A stretch of DNA of 64,000 bases, taken from Candidatus Omnitrophota bacterium (lineage in GTDB: Bacteria; Omnitrophota; Gorgyraeia; JABMRN01; RBG-13-46-9). The notes under the pieces were generated by a model. It saw nothing but the letters and a program-made list of their open reading frames with translations. It ran no database searches and had not been told where the DNA came from. This document shows positions 29,272-39,756 of the stretch, one piece after another (positions within the stretch are counted from its first letter, which is position 1; each line of letters opens with the position of its first letter). A program made the position numbers and the translations under genes. Where the stretch lies: assembly GCA_043817155.1 (NCBI GenBank), contig JBDRHE010000059.1, positions 65,540-129,539 on the forward strand, read 5' to 3'.

Positions 29272-30824
29272 CCTTTGACCCCTCTTGTCCGTTTCTCGCT
29301 TTCTCTTGTTCCGGAGTCAGAAAGCGTTTTCGTGTTATGAATATACTTTAAGTAGACATACCTTCGAAAACCGGTTAAAGCTCGGATTAACTTGGTATCC
29401 AGATTAAACAGTCGGATCCCGTGAACAAGACCGATAAATCTCAATTTGCAATACTGTCTACGAATGTTGTATAAAGAACGCATTGCTCTATTATTGCTGA
29501 TGGGGGCATTGATTGAAAATGCCGATATCCACCTGATCTCTTCTATATAGCTTTTGAAATTTTTACTAAACCAGGGCAGTCTCGAATTCTTGTACCAGAT
29601 ATAATTTTCCCAGCCTTCCAAGCGATCCGGCGGAATAAACCCTAATTCAATGCACCTGTCATATAAAGGTGTACCGGGATATGGGACATATATATTTGGC
29701 CCGTTAATGCTTGACTGTTTGTCTCTGGCCAAAATGCGGATTAATTTCATCGTTTCTTTTATGTCGTTTTTCGTCTCTTCGGGGAACCCTACCATAAAGT
29801 GATAATTTATTTTAAAATCAAACCTTTTCGCTTTCTCATGGGCGTTTATAACGGTCTCGTTTCTAATATCTTTATTAATCATTTTCAAGATCCTATCGGA
29901 ACCGCTCTCTATGCCGAAGGTCATGCTGACGCAACCGCTTCTCTTTATCAATTCAATAAGATCGTCCTCATAACTCAGAAAAGTATCGGCTCTTATGTCA
30001 GTATGCCATTCGATCTCGATCTTTCTATCAATTAAGCCCTTACAGATCTCATGAACACGCTTCTTATTCGCAAAAAAGTTATCCGACACGAAGGTGATCG
30101 CGTTTACGCTGTATTTTTTTGTCAGCGCTTCAATCATATTAAGTATCTTTTCCGAGGTCATCGAGCGCCACCGTCTTTTATTAAATCTTAGATTATAACA
30201 GAATGCGCACCTATTCGGACATCCTCTGTCAACATTCAGGTCGAGCCCCCTCTGCTTACTCTGAAAATACGGCCTCTTATGTGAGGCGTAATAATTAACA
30301 TCGACCAGATCGAAGCGAGGCGTAGATAAAGAGTTTAAATCGAGCAGGTTATCTTCCGGTTGGGAACGGTTTATCTTTCCGCTTCGCTTAAATAAGATAC
30401 CCTTTACGCTGTCCAGGCTCTTATGATTTCTGATACATTCAACCACGTCCAAGAACTTTTTTTCACCTTCACCCGTAACGACTATATCAACAAGATCATT
30501 TTTTATAGTTTGCTCGGGTAGAAAACTCGGATGTATGCCTCCCCACACAATGGGAATTTGTTTTATCTTTTTTACTGCCTTTGAAAAATCGAGGGCGGAT
30601 TTGATCGAACCGCCGGTCATAACGCTTACACCGGCGCAGATGGTCGATGAATCTATGGCATTTTCTACTTCAGTACGCCAATCCGGATAGGCCTCTCCGT
30701 CAACTATTTTAACCGTAAACCCTTTGTCGGCTAAAGGCGTAGCTATATAAATTACGCCCAAAGGATATGACCCGGAGATAACCGCTCTATCTGATTTTGG
30801 CCGAAACAAAACAATCTCTGCCAT
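29268..30824 (-). CDS. B12-binding domain radical SAM protein
   Basis: VTGEGE cobalamin-domain motif; DRGCPNRCAFC CxxxCxxC. Confidence 0.8.
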   Translation of the reverse strand: MAEIVLFRPKSDRAVISGSYPLGVIYIATPLADKGFTVKIVDGEAYPDWRTEVENAIDSSTICAGVSVMTGGSIKSALDFSKAVKKIKQIPIVWGGIHPSFLPEQTIKNDLVDIVVTGEGEKKFLDVVECIRNHKSLDSVKGILFKRSGKINRSQPEDNLLDLNSLSTPRFDLVDVNYYASHKRPYFQSKQRGLDLNVDRGCPNRCAFCYNLRFNKRRWRSMTSEKILNMIEALTKKYSVNAITFVSDNFFANKKRVHEICKGLIDRKIEIEWHTDIRADTFLSYEDDLIELIKRSGCVSMTFGIESGSDRILKMINKDIRNETVINAHEKAKRFDFKINYHFMVGFPEETKNDIKETMKLIRILARDKQSSINGPNIYVPYPGTPLYDRCIELGFIPPDRLEGWENYIWYKNSRLPWFSKNFKSYIEEIRWISAFSINAPISNNRAMRSLYNIRRQYCKLRFIGLVHGIRLFNLDTKLIRALTGFRRYVYLKYIHNTKTLSDSGTRESEKRTRGVKG

Positions 30825-31950
30825 TTTTCCCTTTCTTCATTTTTTTATCGATCAGATAAGTATATAAATTTTCTAAGCTCTTAACGTAATCCCCCGGAAG
30901 ATATCCTGAGGCTATCTTATCTCTGGCTTTTAAGCCCATGCTGTTTCGCAGCGCGGGATCTTTGTACAGGATACGAATTTTGTCTGTCATAGCAGCATGA
31001 TCTCCGGGTGGCACTAAGCAACCGTTTTCACCGTCTAATATGACCTCTGGAATACCGCTTATATTCGAAGCCACAACCGGAATTCCCGAATACATAGCCT
31101 CGATTAGAGTCCTGGGAAAACCCTCCTGCAAAGAAGGTAACGCGAATATATCTAGTAGCTTCATAAGCTCAGGCACATCCATTCGCGCTCCTAGAAATTG
31201 GACGTTTTCCTGAGATTTGTATAATCTTGCCAATTCTGTCAAATACCCCCTGCTCTCCCCTTCTCCGATCACTAACAACTTAAGCCCGGGAATATACTCA
31301 TTCAATTCAGATATAGCCTTAATAAGAAACCTGTGCCCCTTTTTAGGAATAAGGGATCCTACAGTTCCTATTATAAACTGGTCATTCGAAAACCCATATT
31401 CAGCCCTAAGTGCCTCTTTCGGCTTTGAAATGTTAAATCTTTCGGTATCAACTGCATTATAGATTAGACAGAATTTATCCCTATCTATGCCTTCCTGCCT
31501 GACTGTAAAATCCAATACCGAATTTGAGCAGACTATGATCTTGTCTGTAAAGACGCTCAATATTTTGTCAATAACAACATGATAGAATCTCTTTTCTGTA
31601 TACATACTTCTTTCTTCGATTATCACAACGCGCGGCCTAGCCAGCAGAGCCGCGCATCTTCCGAAGAAATTAGCGTAGAAAAGAGACGTATGCAATATAT
31701 CGGGTCTCTCTTCTTTCAAAATTTGTGTGATCTTCCATATCAAAAAAATATTAAAGAGACCCGCCTTGCTGTCTAAATAGATAACTTTAAAACCGAGCTT
31801 CCCTATCAAAGCGCCTACCGGGCCCTTTTTCTCTATACTTACTATAACGAAATTAAATTTGTCCCTATCGATGTTCTTCAAGGTTGTAAGTAGCCCCATT
31901 TCGGCTCCGCCATAGTTTAAATGCCGACAGAGGTATAATACTTTCTTCAT
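30787..31950 (-). CDS. Glycosyltransferase family 4
   Basis: EGFPRTLIEAMYSGIPVVASNISG GT4 motif. Confidence 0.75.
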   Translation of the reverse strand: MKKVLYLCRHLNYGGAEMGLLTTLKNIDRDKFNFVIVSIEKKGPVGALIGKLGFKVIYLDSKAGLFNIFLIWKITQILKEERPDILHTSLFYANFFGRCAALLARPRVVIIEERSMYTEKRFYHVVIDKILSVFTDKIIVCSNSVLDFTVRQEGIDRDKFCLIYNAVDTERFNISKPKEALRAEYGFSNDQFIIGTVGSLIPKKGHRFLIKAISELNEYIPGLKLLVIGEGESRGYLTELARLYKSQENVQFLGARMDVPELMKLLDIFALPSLQEGFPRTLIEAMYSGIPVVASNISGIPEVILDGENGCLVPPGDHAAMTDKIRILYKDPALRNSMGLKARDKIASGYLPGDYVKSLENLYTYLIDKKMKKGKNGRDCFVSAKIR

Positions 31951-32843
31951 CTCTTCTCCAATATAAGGCTAAACTGCGGAGCAGATTTCGGAAAGAATAA
32001 TCTGTTCAGTAAGCGCACTATCGCTTGAGTCCCCTCATAATGATATACAACCCGTGCTTTGTAATTCTGAAATATATTATTTGTAAGTTCAGCTACATCA
32101 AAACCTTTGGAATAATCTATCTTTTCACCCGCATTAGGAGAATGCGCGTCAACATGCTTTAGAATATCTGTCTTCGATAACGGCTCTGCAATTGCGTTCT
32201 CCCTGATCAAGCGCTCATTAACATTCTCGCAAATAGTTTCGTATCCTATCGCCACTTTATTGGAATTAAGACTAATTCTGGAGACCATCCGGTATAAAAA
32301 AGAGAGTGGTTTTGTGGTCCAGAATCTTCTGTTTGATTCGAAACCTATGATCAGCGTACCACCGGCAACCAGTACGCGATCCAGCTCCCGCGCAAATGCG
32401 CTAATCGAAGGAAAATGGTGCATCGCGGCATTGCACGTGATAATGTCAAAGGAGTCGCGCTTAAAAGGCATCTCTTCCGCGTCAGACACAGCGAATAGTG
32501 TTTCAGATTTTGAATTTGCGTCTGACCTAATTGCATTTAGCATCTCGTAGGAAATATCAACACATACAAAGTAGCAATCATATCCAGATATCGCTTTTGC
32601 GACCAGACCTGTTCCCGCTCCCACATCCAATATTCTGACAGGTTTATTTTTTCTGTCAAAATAATTTTTAAAAAAATCCCGGTATAGAATAAGTTCCTTC
32701 TTCATGCGCGTTTCGTGCCTGCCTTGAAACGAACGTGCTTCCTCATCGTGAAAATATCGGTTTATCTTTTTTACTAATGCCGCTTCCATCTTATAGCTCT
32801 TTCCCGAATACGCCACGCAACCAACGCAGCGTATTTCTGCCAA
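31947..32843 (-). CDS. Class I SAM-dependent methyltransferase
   Basis: Motif I ILDVGAGTG. Confidence 0.7.
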   Translation of the reverse strand: MAEIRCVGCVAYSGKSYKMEAALVKKINRYFHDEEARSFQGRHETRMKKELILYRDFFKNYFDRKNKPVRILDVGAGTGLVAKAISGYDCYFVCVDISYEMLNAIRSDANSKSETLFAVSDAEEMPFKRDSFDIITCNAAMHHFPSISAFARELDRVLVAGGTLIIGFESNRRFWTTKPLSFLYRMVSRISLNSNKVAIGYETICENVNERLIRENAIAEPLSKTDILKHVDAHSPNAGEKIDYSKGFDVAELTNNIFQNYKARVVYHYEGTQAIVRLLNRLFFPKSAPQFSLILEKR

Positions 32844-33849
32844 ACAATGTACCTATGCAATATAATAATGCGGACGCGTTATAGGGATTGGTTTTAAGAG
32901 ATTCGAAAAATTTCGATCGAGCGCGTGCCAGATTTCCCCTTTTAACGTATCCTGTCGCTATAATATGATTAAATTTCGACATTATCTTACCCAGATCTTC
33001 TGTCTTCCGCGGTTGAACGTCATTAAATCCTTTAAGAATTCTATCCACCGCGCTATCCGCGCACTCGAAATCAACGTCGCTTAACGCCGCGGGGTCATAA
33101 AAACAATCGCAGATCTTTTCCGAATCTTCGAGAGATATGTCGACTCCCGTCAAGGAAGAGACATTCCTCTTGATAATTCTCGAAGCTTCGACATTAAATC
33201 GATCGCGGCGCAACCTGTGAGTTAATGAATCGCTATGTATGCGCAAAAAGATTAGCGGTTCCTTGATATTAGTTATGCGATACCCCGATAGTACCATACG
33301 CGACCATAATTCATAGTCCTGACCCAGCAGAAACTCTTCATCGTAATGTCCGATATCTTTCAGCACATCTTTGCGGAAAATAATCGAAGAATGTAATATC
33401 GGATTGATAAACAGAAGCTCCAATTTTATCTCTTCGGTGTCTGTAGGGGAGGGGCGCAATCCTAACTTTTTACCGGAATTATCGATGACTACTCCGGAAG
33501 ATCCTATGCCAACGATATCCTCATGCTCTGATAAAAATTTTACCTGCTTTTCAAATCTGTTCTTAAACGATATGTCGTCTGTGTCCATTCTTGCGATTAA
33601 TTCGCCTTCTGCAAAGCCGATTGCTTTGTTAAGGGTTTTGGTCTGGCCGATGTTCCGCTCGTTTCGAAATAACCTGATCCTTGGATCTTTGTAACGCCTT
33701 ATTATATCCGGAGTATTATCGGAACTTCCGTCATCAACAATGATAAGTTCGAAATCAGCGTACGTCTGATTTAAGACACTTTCGATGCTATGGGCTATAT
33801 ATTTTCCGGCGTTATAGGCCGGGGTCAACACGCTGATCATTTTGTTCAT
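32791..33849 (-). CDS. Glycosyltransferase family 2
   Basis: SVLTPAYNAGKYI...LIIVDDGSSD motifs; RxxDxD. Confidence 0.75.
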   Translation of the reverse strand: MNKMISVLTPAYNAGKYIAHSIESVLNQTYADFELIIVDDGSSDNTPDIIRRYKDPRIRLFRNERNIGQTKTLNKAIGFAEGELIARMDTDDISFKNRFEKQVKFLSEHEDIVGIGSSGVVIDNSGKKLGLRPSPTDTEEIKLELLFINPILHSSIIFRKDVLKDIGHYDEEFLLGQDYELWSRMVLSGYRITNIKEPLIFLRIHSDSLTHRLRRDRFNVEASRIIKRNVSSLTGVDISLEDSEKICDCFYDPAALSDVDFECADSAVDRILKGFNDVQPRKTEDLGKIMSKFNHIIATGYVKRGNLARARSKFFESLKTNPYNASALLYCIGTLFGRNTLRWLRGVFGKEL

Positions 33850-33852
33850 AAT

Positions 33853-35316
33853 CTACCTGAAAACCTTTGTGATCGGAAACAGAAAGATCCTTTTAGCCAG
33901 TCTCCTTAGAAATAAGAGCGGATGTGTTTTATAGAAATGCATCTTGAGATAGTAATACCCCCTCTTGAAGGTCCTTCTAAGATCATCTCTTGTCCAATTT
34001 TCCGTTGATACGCTAAAACTTGATATGTATAAGTTTTCGAGTAGGCGTTCTGCATCAACATATTTATTTTCAGTGCATATCTTATAAAGCTCCGACCCCG
34101 GATATGGCGTTGCGACAGATACAAAAGCGTCATAAATTTTAACTTCCCTGGCGAAACGGTATGAGTCCCAGATCTGATCCAGTGTTTCGCCGGGCATCCC
34201 TATAATTAAAAAAATCCCGGTCTGGAGTCCTATGCTTCTGGCATACTTGATCAATCGTTTTACCTTTTCCAGATCCAGGGGTTTTTTTATGATATTCTTT
34301 AAAACATCTTTGTTGCCTGACTCAACGGCAATATTCAATTTATAGCAACCGGAATCTTTCATCTTCTTGATAAGCGCCTCATCGAGAGCGAATGCCGCGA
34401 CGCCATTAGGAGTATCCCATTTAAGGTTCAGGCGCTCTTCTATCATAAGATCGAAAATCCGTTCACCGCGCTTCACATCCAGGGTTACATTATCATCTTC
34501 AAAAAGAAGTTCTTCAATGTCGTATTTGTCTTTTAATTCTTTCATCTCCTTGATCACATTTTCAGGACTTCTCTTACGAAAATTCTTGCCCCATACGTGA
34601 TGGGCCGTACAGAAAGCGCATCCTATGGGGCAGCCCCTCGATGTCACAATGGGAGAAAACTTTTCGCACCTTCTTGAACCGTGTGAAGAAGATAATCCAA
34701 AATATTTCGTTATACCCAAAAGATGCCATGCGGGAAAAGGCAGGCTATCGAGGTCTTCTATAAAATATTTTTTGGGACACACCTTTATTTTGCCGTTCTC
34801 TCGAAAAGCAATGCCATCTAGCTTATCAAACGTCGCGCCGTTTTCCAGACAGTCTATTAAAGTTTTCAGGGTGTATTCGCCTTCGCCTATCACCACAAAA
34901 TCAACATTCCTGTCCTCCATTACGGCTTCAGGTAATACCGATGGGTGCGCTCCGCCCGCTATAACAACCATGCGGGAATCTATCTTTTTCGCCAATCGAT
35001 ATATTTCATGAGCGTTTTCAGATTGCCTGGAAAAGAGATTGCTTACGCCCAGTATATCCGGAGAGAACCTCTTTATCTCATCTTCGATCATCGCGAAAGG
35101 AGCGCCTATTCGTACGGTATCTTTATCTATATGTGTCCTGTTATGGAACCCTTCTATAAGCGAATCGAAGATCTTTACCTCTATTCCACGTTCTTCCAGC
35201 ACAGCGCCCAGATACCCCAGCCCCAGCGGAGGAATGGGGTTGATATCGGTCGCGTCCCTGGATGTAAACGCCGGAGGAGTCAGGAGCATTACCTTTTTTA
35301 TTTTTTTTGAGCTCAT
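33853..35316 (-). CDS. B12-binding domain radical SAM protein
   Basis: VIGEGE; SRGCPIGCAFC. Confidence 0.8.
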   Translation of the reverse strand: MSSKKIKKVMLLTPPAFTSRDATDINPIPPLGLGYLGAVLEERGIEVKIFDSLIEGFHNRTHIDKDTVRIGAPFAMIEDEIKRFSPDILGVSNLFSRQSENAHEIYRLAKKIDSRMVVIAGGAHPSVLPEAVMEDRNVDFVVIGEGEYTLKTLIDCLENGATFDKLDGIAFRENGKIKVCPKKYFIEDLDSLPFPAWHLLGITKYFGLSSSHGSRRCEKFSPIVTSRGCPIGCAFCTAHHVWGKNFRKRSPENVIKEMKELKDKYDIEELLFEDDNVTLDVKRGERIFDLMIEERLNLKWDTPNGVAAFALDEALIKKMKDSGCYKLNIAVESGNKDVLKNIIKKPLDLEKVKRLIKYARSIGLQTGIFLIIGMPGETLDQIWDSYRFAREVKIYDAFVSVATPYPGSELYKICTENKYVDAERLLENLYISSFSVSTENWTRDDLRRTFKRGYYYLKMHFYKTHPLLFLRRLAKRIFLFPITKVFR

Positions 35317-35320
35317 CTTC

Positions 35321-36295
35321 TTAATCTATTTCCCGTAAAGCCAGGTTAGCAAGTGTCTCTAAAAATTCCATCCTTTGCATGGGTATGCGCTTATGCCTTC
35401 CATAGCCATTCCGCATAACATCCACGGTATCCTTGACAGAAGCCAAATAAAAGAGCGATTTGTCAATACCCAATAAAAAACAATAATCCTCCAAATGATG
35501 ATTGACAAGCTCAAACGTTAACGAGTCCCTCTTGAAAAAATGATTAAAGTTTTCAATATGGTCGATCTTTGCGCCACAAAATAACCCTGCGTGAAACAGC
35601 AAAAATTCTATATCCAGAAACGGCAGCGCATTATCACAATAATCCTCCCAATCAGTTACACAGACCCTACCGTCATTCTGGATTAAGATGTTGTTAAAGC
35701 TAAAATCGCCCTGCAAAGAAGAAAGTGGGAGATCCTTTGGGCGGCGCCGTTCAACAGCATTTACTATGCGATCTAGTTTCCTTCTCAATCCATGATCCAA
35801 TTCCATTCCGGCAACGCTTTTGGTAAACTCATTCTTAAAAATGGACCACGGTAGCACGCTACCTTCCTTTCTCGTTACTAAATAGAAGTTCTTGATCCAG
35901 TCCATCGCCTTTGCCAGAAAGATCTTTAAATCATTATACTTATGTAATAACACGAATCTTCCATGTATGTATTCCTCAACAAGAATCATCGTAAAATCGT
36001 CAATGGACCCTAAAAAAACCGCTTTCGGTATGGTGCCCTTATAATCACCTCCGAGAAGCTGCCCTGCCCGCTCAAGAGCTGAAAATTCTTCCTTAAGCCG
36101 CGAGAGATCAACGGGTCTCCTATTCACCTTTACGAAATAACTGGGATGGGCATCGTTATTCTCAAAAAGGAGCAGATTCATGCAGGCTTCCGACGTCTCC
36201 TGACCACTCAGTTTTATTATGTTGAGGCGGTCCGGAATATCACGTTTGCGATTTACTGATCGCCAATTCTCTTTTATGTATTCTTCGATCATCAC
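35321..36295 (-). CDS. Aminoglycoside phosphotransferase / choline-ethanolamine kinase-like small-molecule kinase
   Basis: Brenner-like motif NILIQNDGRVCVTDWEDY (catalytic loop and DWE) typical of APH/LicA-type kinases. Confidence 0.5.
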   Translation of the reverse strand: MMIEEYIKENWRSVNRKRDIPDRLNIIKLSGQETSEACMNLLLFENNDAHPSYFVKVNRRPVDLSRLKEEFSALERAGQLLGGDYKGTIPKAVFLGSIDDFTMILVEEYIHGRFVLLHKYNDLKIFLAKAMDWIKNFYLVTRKEGSVLPWSIFKNEFTKSVAGMELDHGLRRKLDRIVNAVERRRPKDLPLSSLQGDFSFNNILIQNDGRVCVTDWEDYCDNALPFLDIEFLLFHAGLFCGAKIDHIENFNHFFKRDSLTFELVNHHLEDYCFLLGIDKSLFYLASVKDTVDVMRNGYGRHKRIPMQRMEFLETLANLALREID

Positions 36296-36300
36296 AAAGA

Positions 36301-37425
36301 TTATTTCTCAACTGTAATAAGGTAACTCGGGACAAAATGTTTCATAAGATTAAACCTGGTAAGGGCCAGGGGAATCAGTCTCTTTATGCCCCTTGCGCCT
36401 CGGAGCCCGTAGTGCCCGTAATAATATTTGATCTGTCTATCGCTATCCAGGGGGATAATAACATCTAATTCCCTGTATGAGGGCGATGCTGCGTAGAACG
36501 ACGACGATTTAAATCCGACTCTCTTTAAGATTTTCTTATATCCATTATATGAATGGGTATACTCAGAATAGTCTTGATTCTTAGTGATCCTCATATAAAT
36601 ATCTGCCATCCACCTGGGCATTATCGATGAAAAAGACATTGCCGTATGCGGATCCGGGAAACCGAAGAAGTGCTTATAGAAATATCTGTTTTCGATAGCT
36701 ATTAAAGCTGTCCCCCCTTCCTTTAAAACACGATGGATCTCTGAGAGCGCCTTCATCTGGAGCGATGTTGGACTATCAGGCCGCGGTGGCTTTGTCTCTC
36801 TCGCTTTTCCATAATGCTCCGTCAAAACAAAATCGGAGTCTGATCCCAACCACTCCAGAACTCCGATGAGTAGCACGATATCAAAAGAATTGTCGGAAAA
36901 CGGAAGTTTGTGGGCAGACCCCAGGGCTATCTTCATATTATCGATCTTATCCTGTTTTGTTCTGACTGACAGAAACTGAAGTGTTTCATATGTTGTATCC
37001 ATGGCGTAAACTTCCTTTGCGTACCTTGACAGGGGAGCCGCGACCCCGCCCCACATCGAACCTATATCAAGGACCTTCTTGTCCTTCAGGCAGGGAAGAA
37101 TATATCGAAAATCGATCCTTTTTTCGGAACCCACATGGTCTATCACGTTCCCTTTGAGATGTCTGCGAACAGCATCTTTCCAATTGCCACTTATAGCGTC
37201 GGCGTTTAACTCTTTCATTTTTTCTTTTGGGACATTACACCAATATCGTTCTTTTTCGGCAAATATGGGGATGCCATCTCTCACCTCAAATTGATGTTGG
37301 CAGTCTTCGCACACAAGACGGCTATCGCACATATGTAAATTTCCCAGACATTGGACGCAGCGATAGGCCTCCTCTAATACCGTCACTTTATCCATATAGC
37401 TTCCTTTGCAGATTCTCGCACTCAT
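36301..37425 (-). CDS. SAM-dependent methyltransferase with N-terminal zinc-ribbon (Trm112-like) domain
   Basis: N-terminal CxxC...CxxC ribbon; motif I LDIGSMWGG. Confidence 0.6.
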   Translation of the reverse strand: MSARICKGSYMDKVTVLEEAYRCVQCLGNLHMCDSRLVCEDCQHQFEVRDGIPIFAEKERYWCNVPKEKMKELNADAISGNWKDAVRRHLKGNVIDHVGSEKRIDFRYILPCLKDKKVLDIGSMWGGVAAPLSRYAKEVYAMDTTYETLQFLSVRTKQDKIDNMKIALGSAHKLPFSDNSFDIVLLIGVLEWLGSDSDFVLTEHYGKARETKPPRPDSPTSLQMKALSEIHRVLKEGGTALIAIENRYFYKHFFGFPDPHTAMSFSSIMPRWMADIYMRITKNQDYSEYTHSYNGYKKILKRVGFKSSSFYAASPSYRELDVIIPLDSDRQIKYYYGHYGLRGARGIKRLIPLALTRFNLMKHFVPSYLITVEK

Positions 37426-38218
37426 AATCCAATCGGTTTTTAAAAAGGGCGAGATATAGCCTCAACAAAAAAGTCACGCACATCCACACTAAAAACATGC
37501 AATAGTATATCCACAAAACGCGTATTGTAAAAAACGCCTCTATCAGGATAAAGAGACAGATTCCATCCACAACGCATGTATTGTGAGCAAACAATACCTT
37601 ATCTATCCAGTCTTTTATCTTTCGAGCACCCGGTTTCTCTAGCTTATCATTCGTCCGCTCAGTTTTGCCTTCACCTGTATTTGTCGACCTGGATCTGGCA
37701 AATGCGTAGATAAATCTCTCTTGAGCGCTCTTATATATATCAAGGGCAAAGACTGTTGGAATCACCGGAGCTAAATAAAAAAATATTGGACTCGTTGTAT
37801 TGCCCAAATATATACCCAGGCCGGCCCATAGAGTAATCCAATCGACAGACGCTGAGTAATAATCGAGTATATCTCCGCCTGCTGATTTTTTGTTTTTCAT
37901 ATGAGCAAGCGAACCATCCGCCCAATCCAAAGTGGGTTTTAGAAATAATAAAACGACGGCAACCAATACACATATCACAGGTGGAAGCGCCAATAGGATG
38001 CCTGCGCAAACACTTAGGGCAATGTAAACAACTGTAACGGTGTTTGGAGAAATGGGGGTCTTTAATAACGTAAATACAATAACGCTTGCGCACTCACTAT
38101 AAAAATTTCTTTTGAGCCTACGATATGAAAGACCCCACTTAAATACATCCGGATAGGATCCCATGTGACGTTCGTAGATCTTATGCCTTACTTCGGAATA
38201 TGTTAATGCCATTACCAC
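37388..38218 (-). CDS. CDP-alcohol phosphatidyltransferase-family membrane protein (putative phospho-alcohol/phosphonate headgroup transferase)
   Basis: Polytopic protein with DG..AH.......GG.ILD...D block (DWADGSLAHMKNKKSAGGDILDYYSASVD) approximating the CDP-OH phosphotransferase signature. Confidence 0.5.
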   Translation of the reverse strand: MVMALTYSEVRHKIYERHMGSYPDVFKWGLSYRRLKRNFYSECASVIVFTLLKTPISPNTVTVVYIALSVCAGILLALPPVICVLVAVVLLFLKPTLDWADGSLAHMKNKKSAGGDILDYYSASVDWITLWAGLGIYLGNTTSPIFFYLAPVIPTVFALDIYKSAQERFIYAFARSRSTNTGEGKTERTNDKLEKPGARKIKDWIDKVLFAHNTCVVDGICLFILIEAFFTIRVLWIYYCMFLVWMCVTFLLRLYLALFKNRLDYECENLQRKLYG

Positions 38219-39687
38219 CCCATTTTTTCGTAGTATTCCTCTTTCAGTCCTCTAAAACATTTATTGCCTTCTCGGTCCAAGCGCTCGGCTTTTCTGATAA
38301 TTGGATATCTTGACTTTGGAAGATGAGCATAGAGAGGCGCTGTTCTCCATAATCCTATAATGTCTTTTTCGCTAAAACCATTGTTGCGCAAAACGTACTT
38401 ATTCTGGAAATAATCCTCACCGATAAAGTCTCTGTCTATCATATCATTCTCTTCGCAAATGCGTCTGAGAACAGAGCCTTTGTACGGAGTAAAAAAGAAG
38501 GTGGTCACACCTTCCGGTTTTGATCTTCGCATCAATTCGATCCCGTCGAAAATCATCTTTCGCGTTTCAAATGGCAGGCCGATTATCAAGTTCATCGAAA
38601 AGCCGATCCCGTACTTATGCAATATGCGCGCTGCCTCCGTTACATGCTTATTGGAATATCCGCGATTGAGATATTTCTTTCTATACGCTTCGTTCCCGCT
38701 TTCGACGCCTACACTTACGCGGATACAATTCAACTCCGAAAGCATCTTTCCAGTCTCTTCATTTATTGTTTCGGGCCTTGTCTCCACCCAAAAAGGCAGA
38801 CGGTATCTCTTATATACAGCATAGTAGTCTTTCAATCTCGCCTTACTTACCGCCAAAAAAGATTCGGAGACCTTGAAAACGAACTCAGGTTTATACTTTT
38901 CCACTAATAGCGAATACTCTTCGTCTATTTTTGAAATGGACTTCAGTCTGTACCACCTACCTAATTGCCTGAATTGATCGGTAAGATAGGCATCTGCGCA
39001 ATATGTGCATTTATACGGGCATCCCCGCGATAACTCGATACTTACCGTTCGGCGGATCTTACCCATCATCGGTTTCATCAAAAAGCGATCTCCAAATGCA
39101 GAATAGTCAGGTACAGGCAAAGTATCTATGTTCACGAGGGAGACAGGCCTATTTTTGCGCCATTTTGTACCGACCCTAATCCAGAAACCGGGTTGATCTT
39201 TATAGCTTTTACCATCAGAGATACAGTTGCACAAATCGACAAATGTATTTTCGGCCTCGGATACCGATATAAAATCCACGCCCGTAAGCGCAGAGCAAGA
39301 TTCCGGCCAACATATCGCATGTACCCCACCTACGGCAACCTTAATTTGACTCGAACTGATAATATCGCATGCTGAATTTAGAAGTTTTTTAAAGATGTGG
39401 AAACTGGGTTCAACTACGGAAAACCCTATCACTTCAGGTGAAAAACTTTGGATTTTAGCGCGAAAATCCTCGCACATATCGCTTGAGTTGTATTGCAGGG
39501 TGCACGACTTAAACTGTAAGCCCTCAACCCTTAATTCAGTAGAGCTCTTATAGGCCTGGCGGTAAAATGTCGTATGGAACAATTCTACCTCATGGCCCGC
39601 TTTTTTAAGCGATGTGATTACGCGCGTAACCCCTATAGGCACGACATTGCCCTGCGGCATATCACAATAGACCATTAAGATCTTCAT
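38212..39687 (-). CDS. B12-binding domain radical SAM protein
   Basis: SRGCPYKCTYC; N-terminal cobalamin-binding domain. Confidence 0.8.
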   Translation of the reverse strand: MKILMVYCDMPQGNVVPIGVTRVITSLKKAGHEVELFHTTFYRQAYKSSTELRVEGLQFKSCTLQYNSSDMCEDFRAKIQSFSPEVIGFSVVEPSFHIFKKLLNSACDIISSSQIKVAVGGVHAICWPESCSALTGVDFISVSEAENTFVDLCNCISDGKSYKDQPGFWIRVGTKWRKNRPVSLVNIDTLPVPDYSAFGDRFLMKPMMGKIRRTVSIELSRGCPYKCTYCADAYLTDQFRQLGRWYRLKSISKIDEEYSLLVEKYKPEFVFKVSESFLAVSKARLKDYYAVYKRYRLPFWVETRPETINEETGKMLSELNCIRVSVGVESGNEAYRKKYLNRGYSNKHVTEAARILHKYGIGFSMNLIIGLPFETRKMIFDGIELMRRSKPEGVTTFFFTPYKGSVLRRICEENDMIDRDFIGEDYFQNKYVLRNNGFSEKDIIGLWRTAPLYAHLPKSRYPIIRKAERLDREGNKCFRGLKEEYYEKMGW

Positions 39688-39756
39688 ACAACCTGTTCTC
39701 CTGGATCTATCGTTTTTACCGCAGTTACTCTTACTTTGTTCATAAATAAGCTCGCG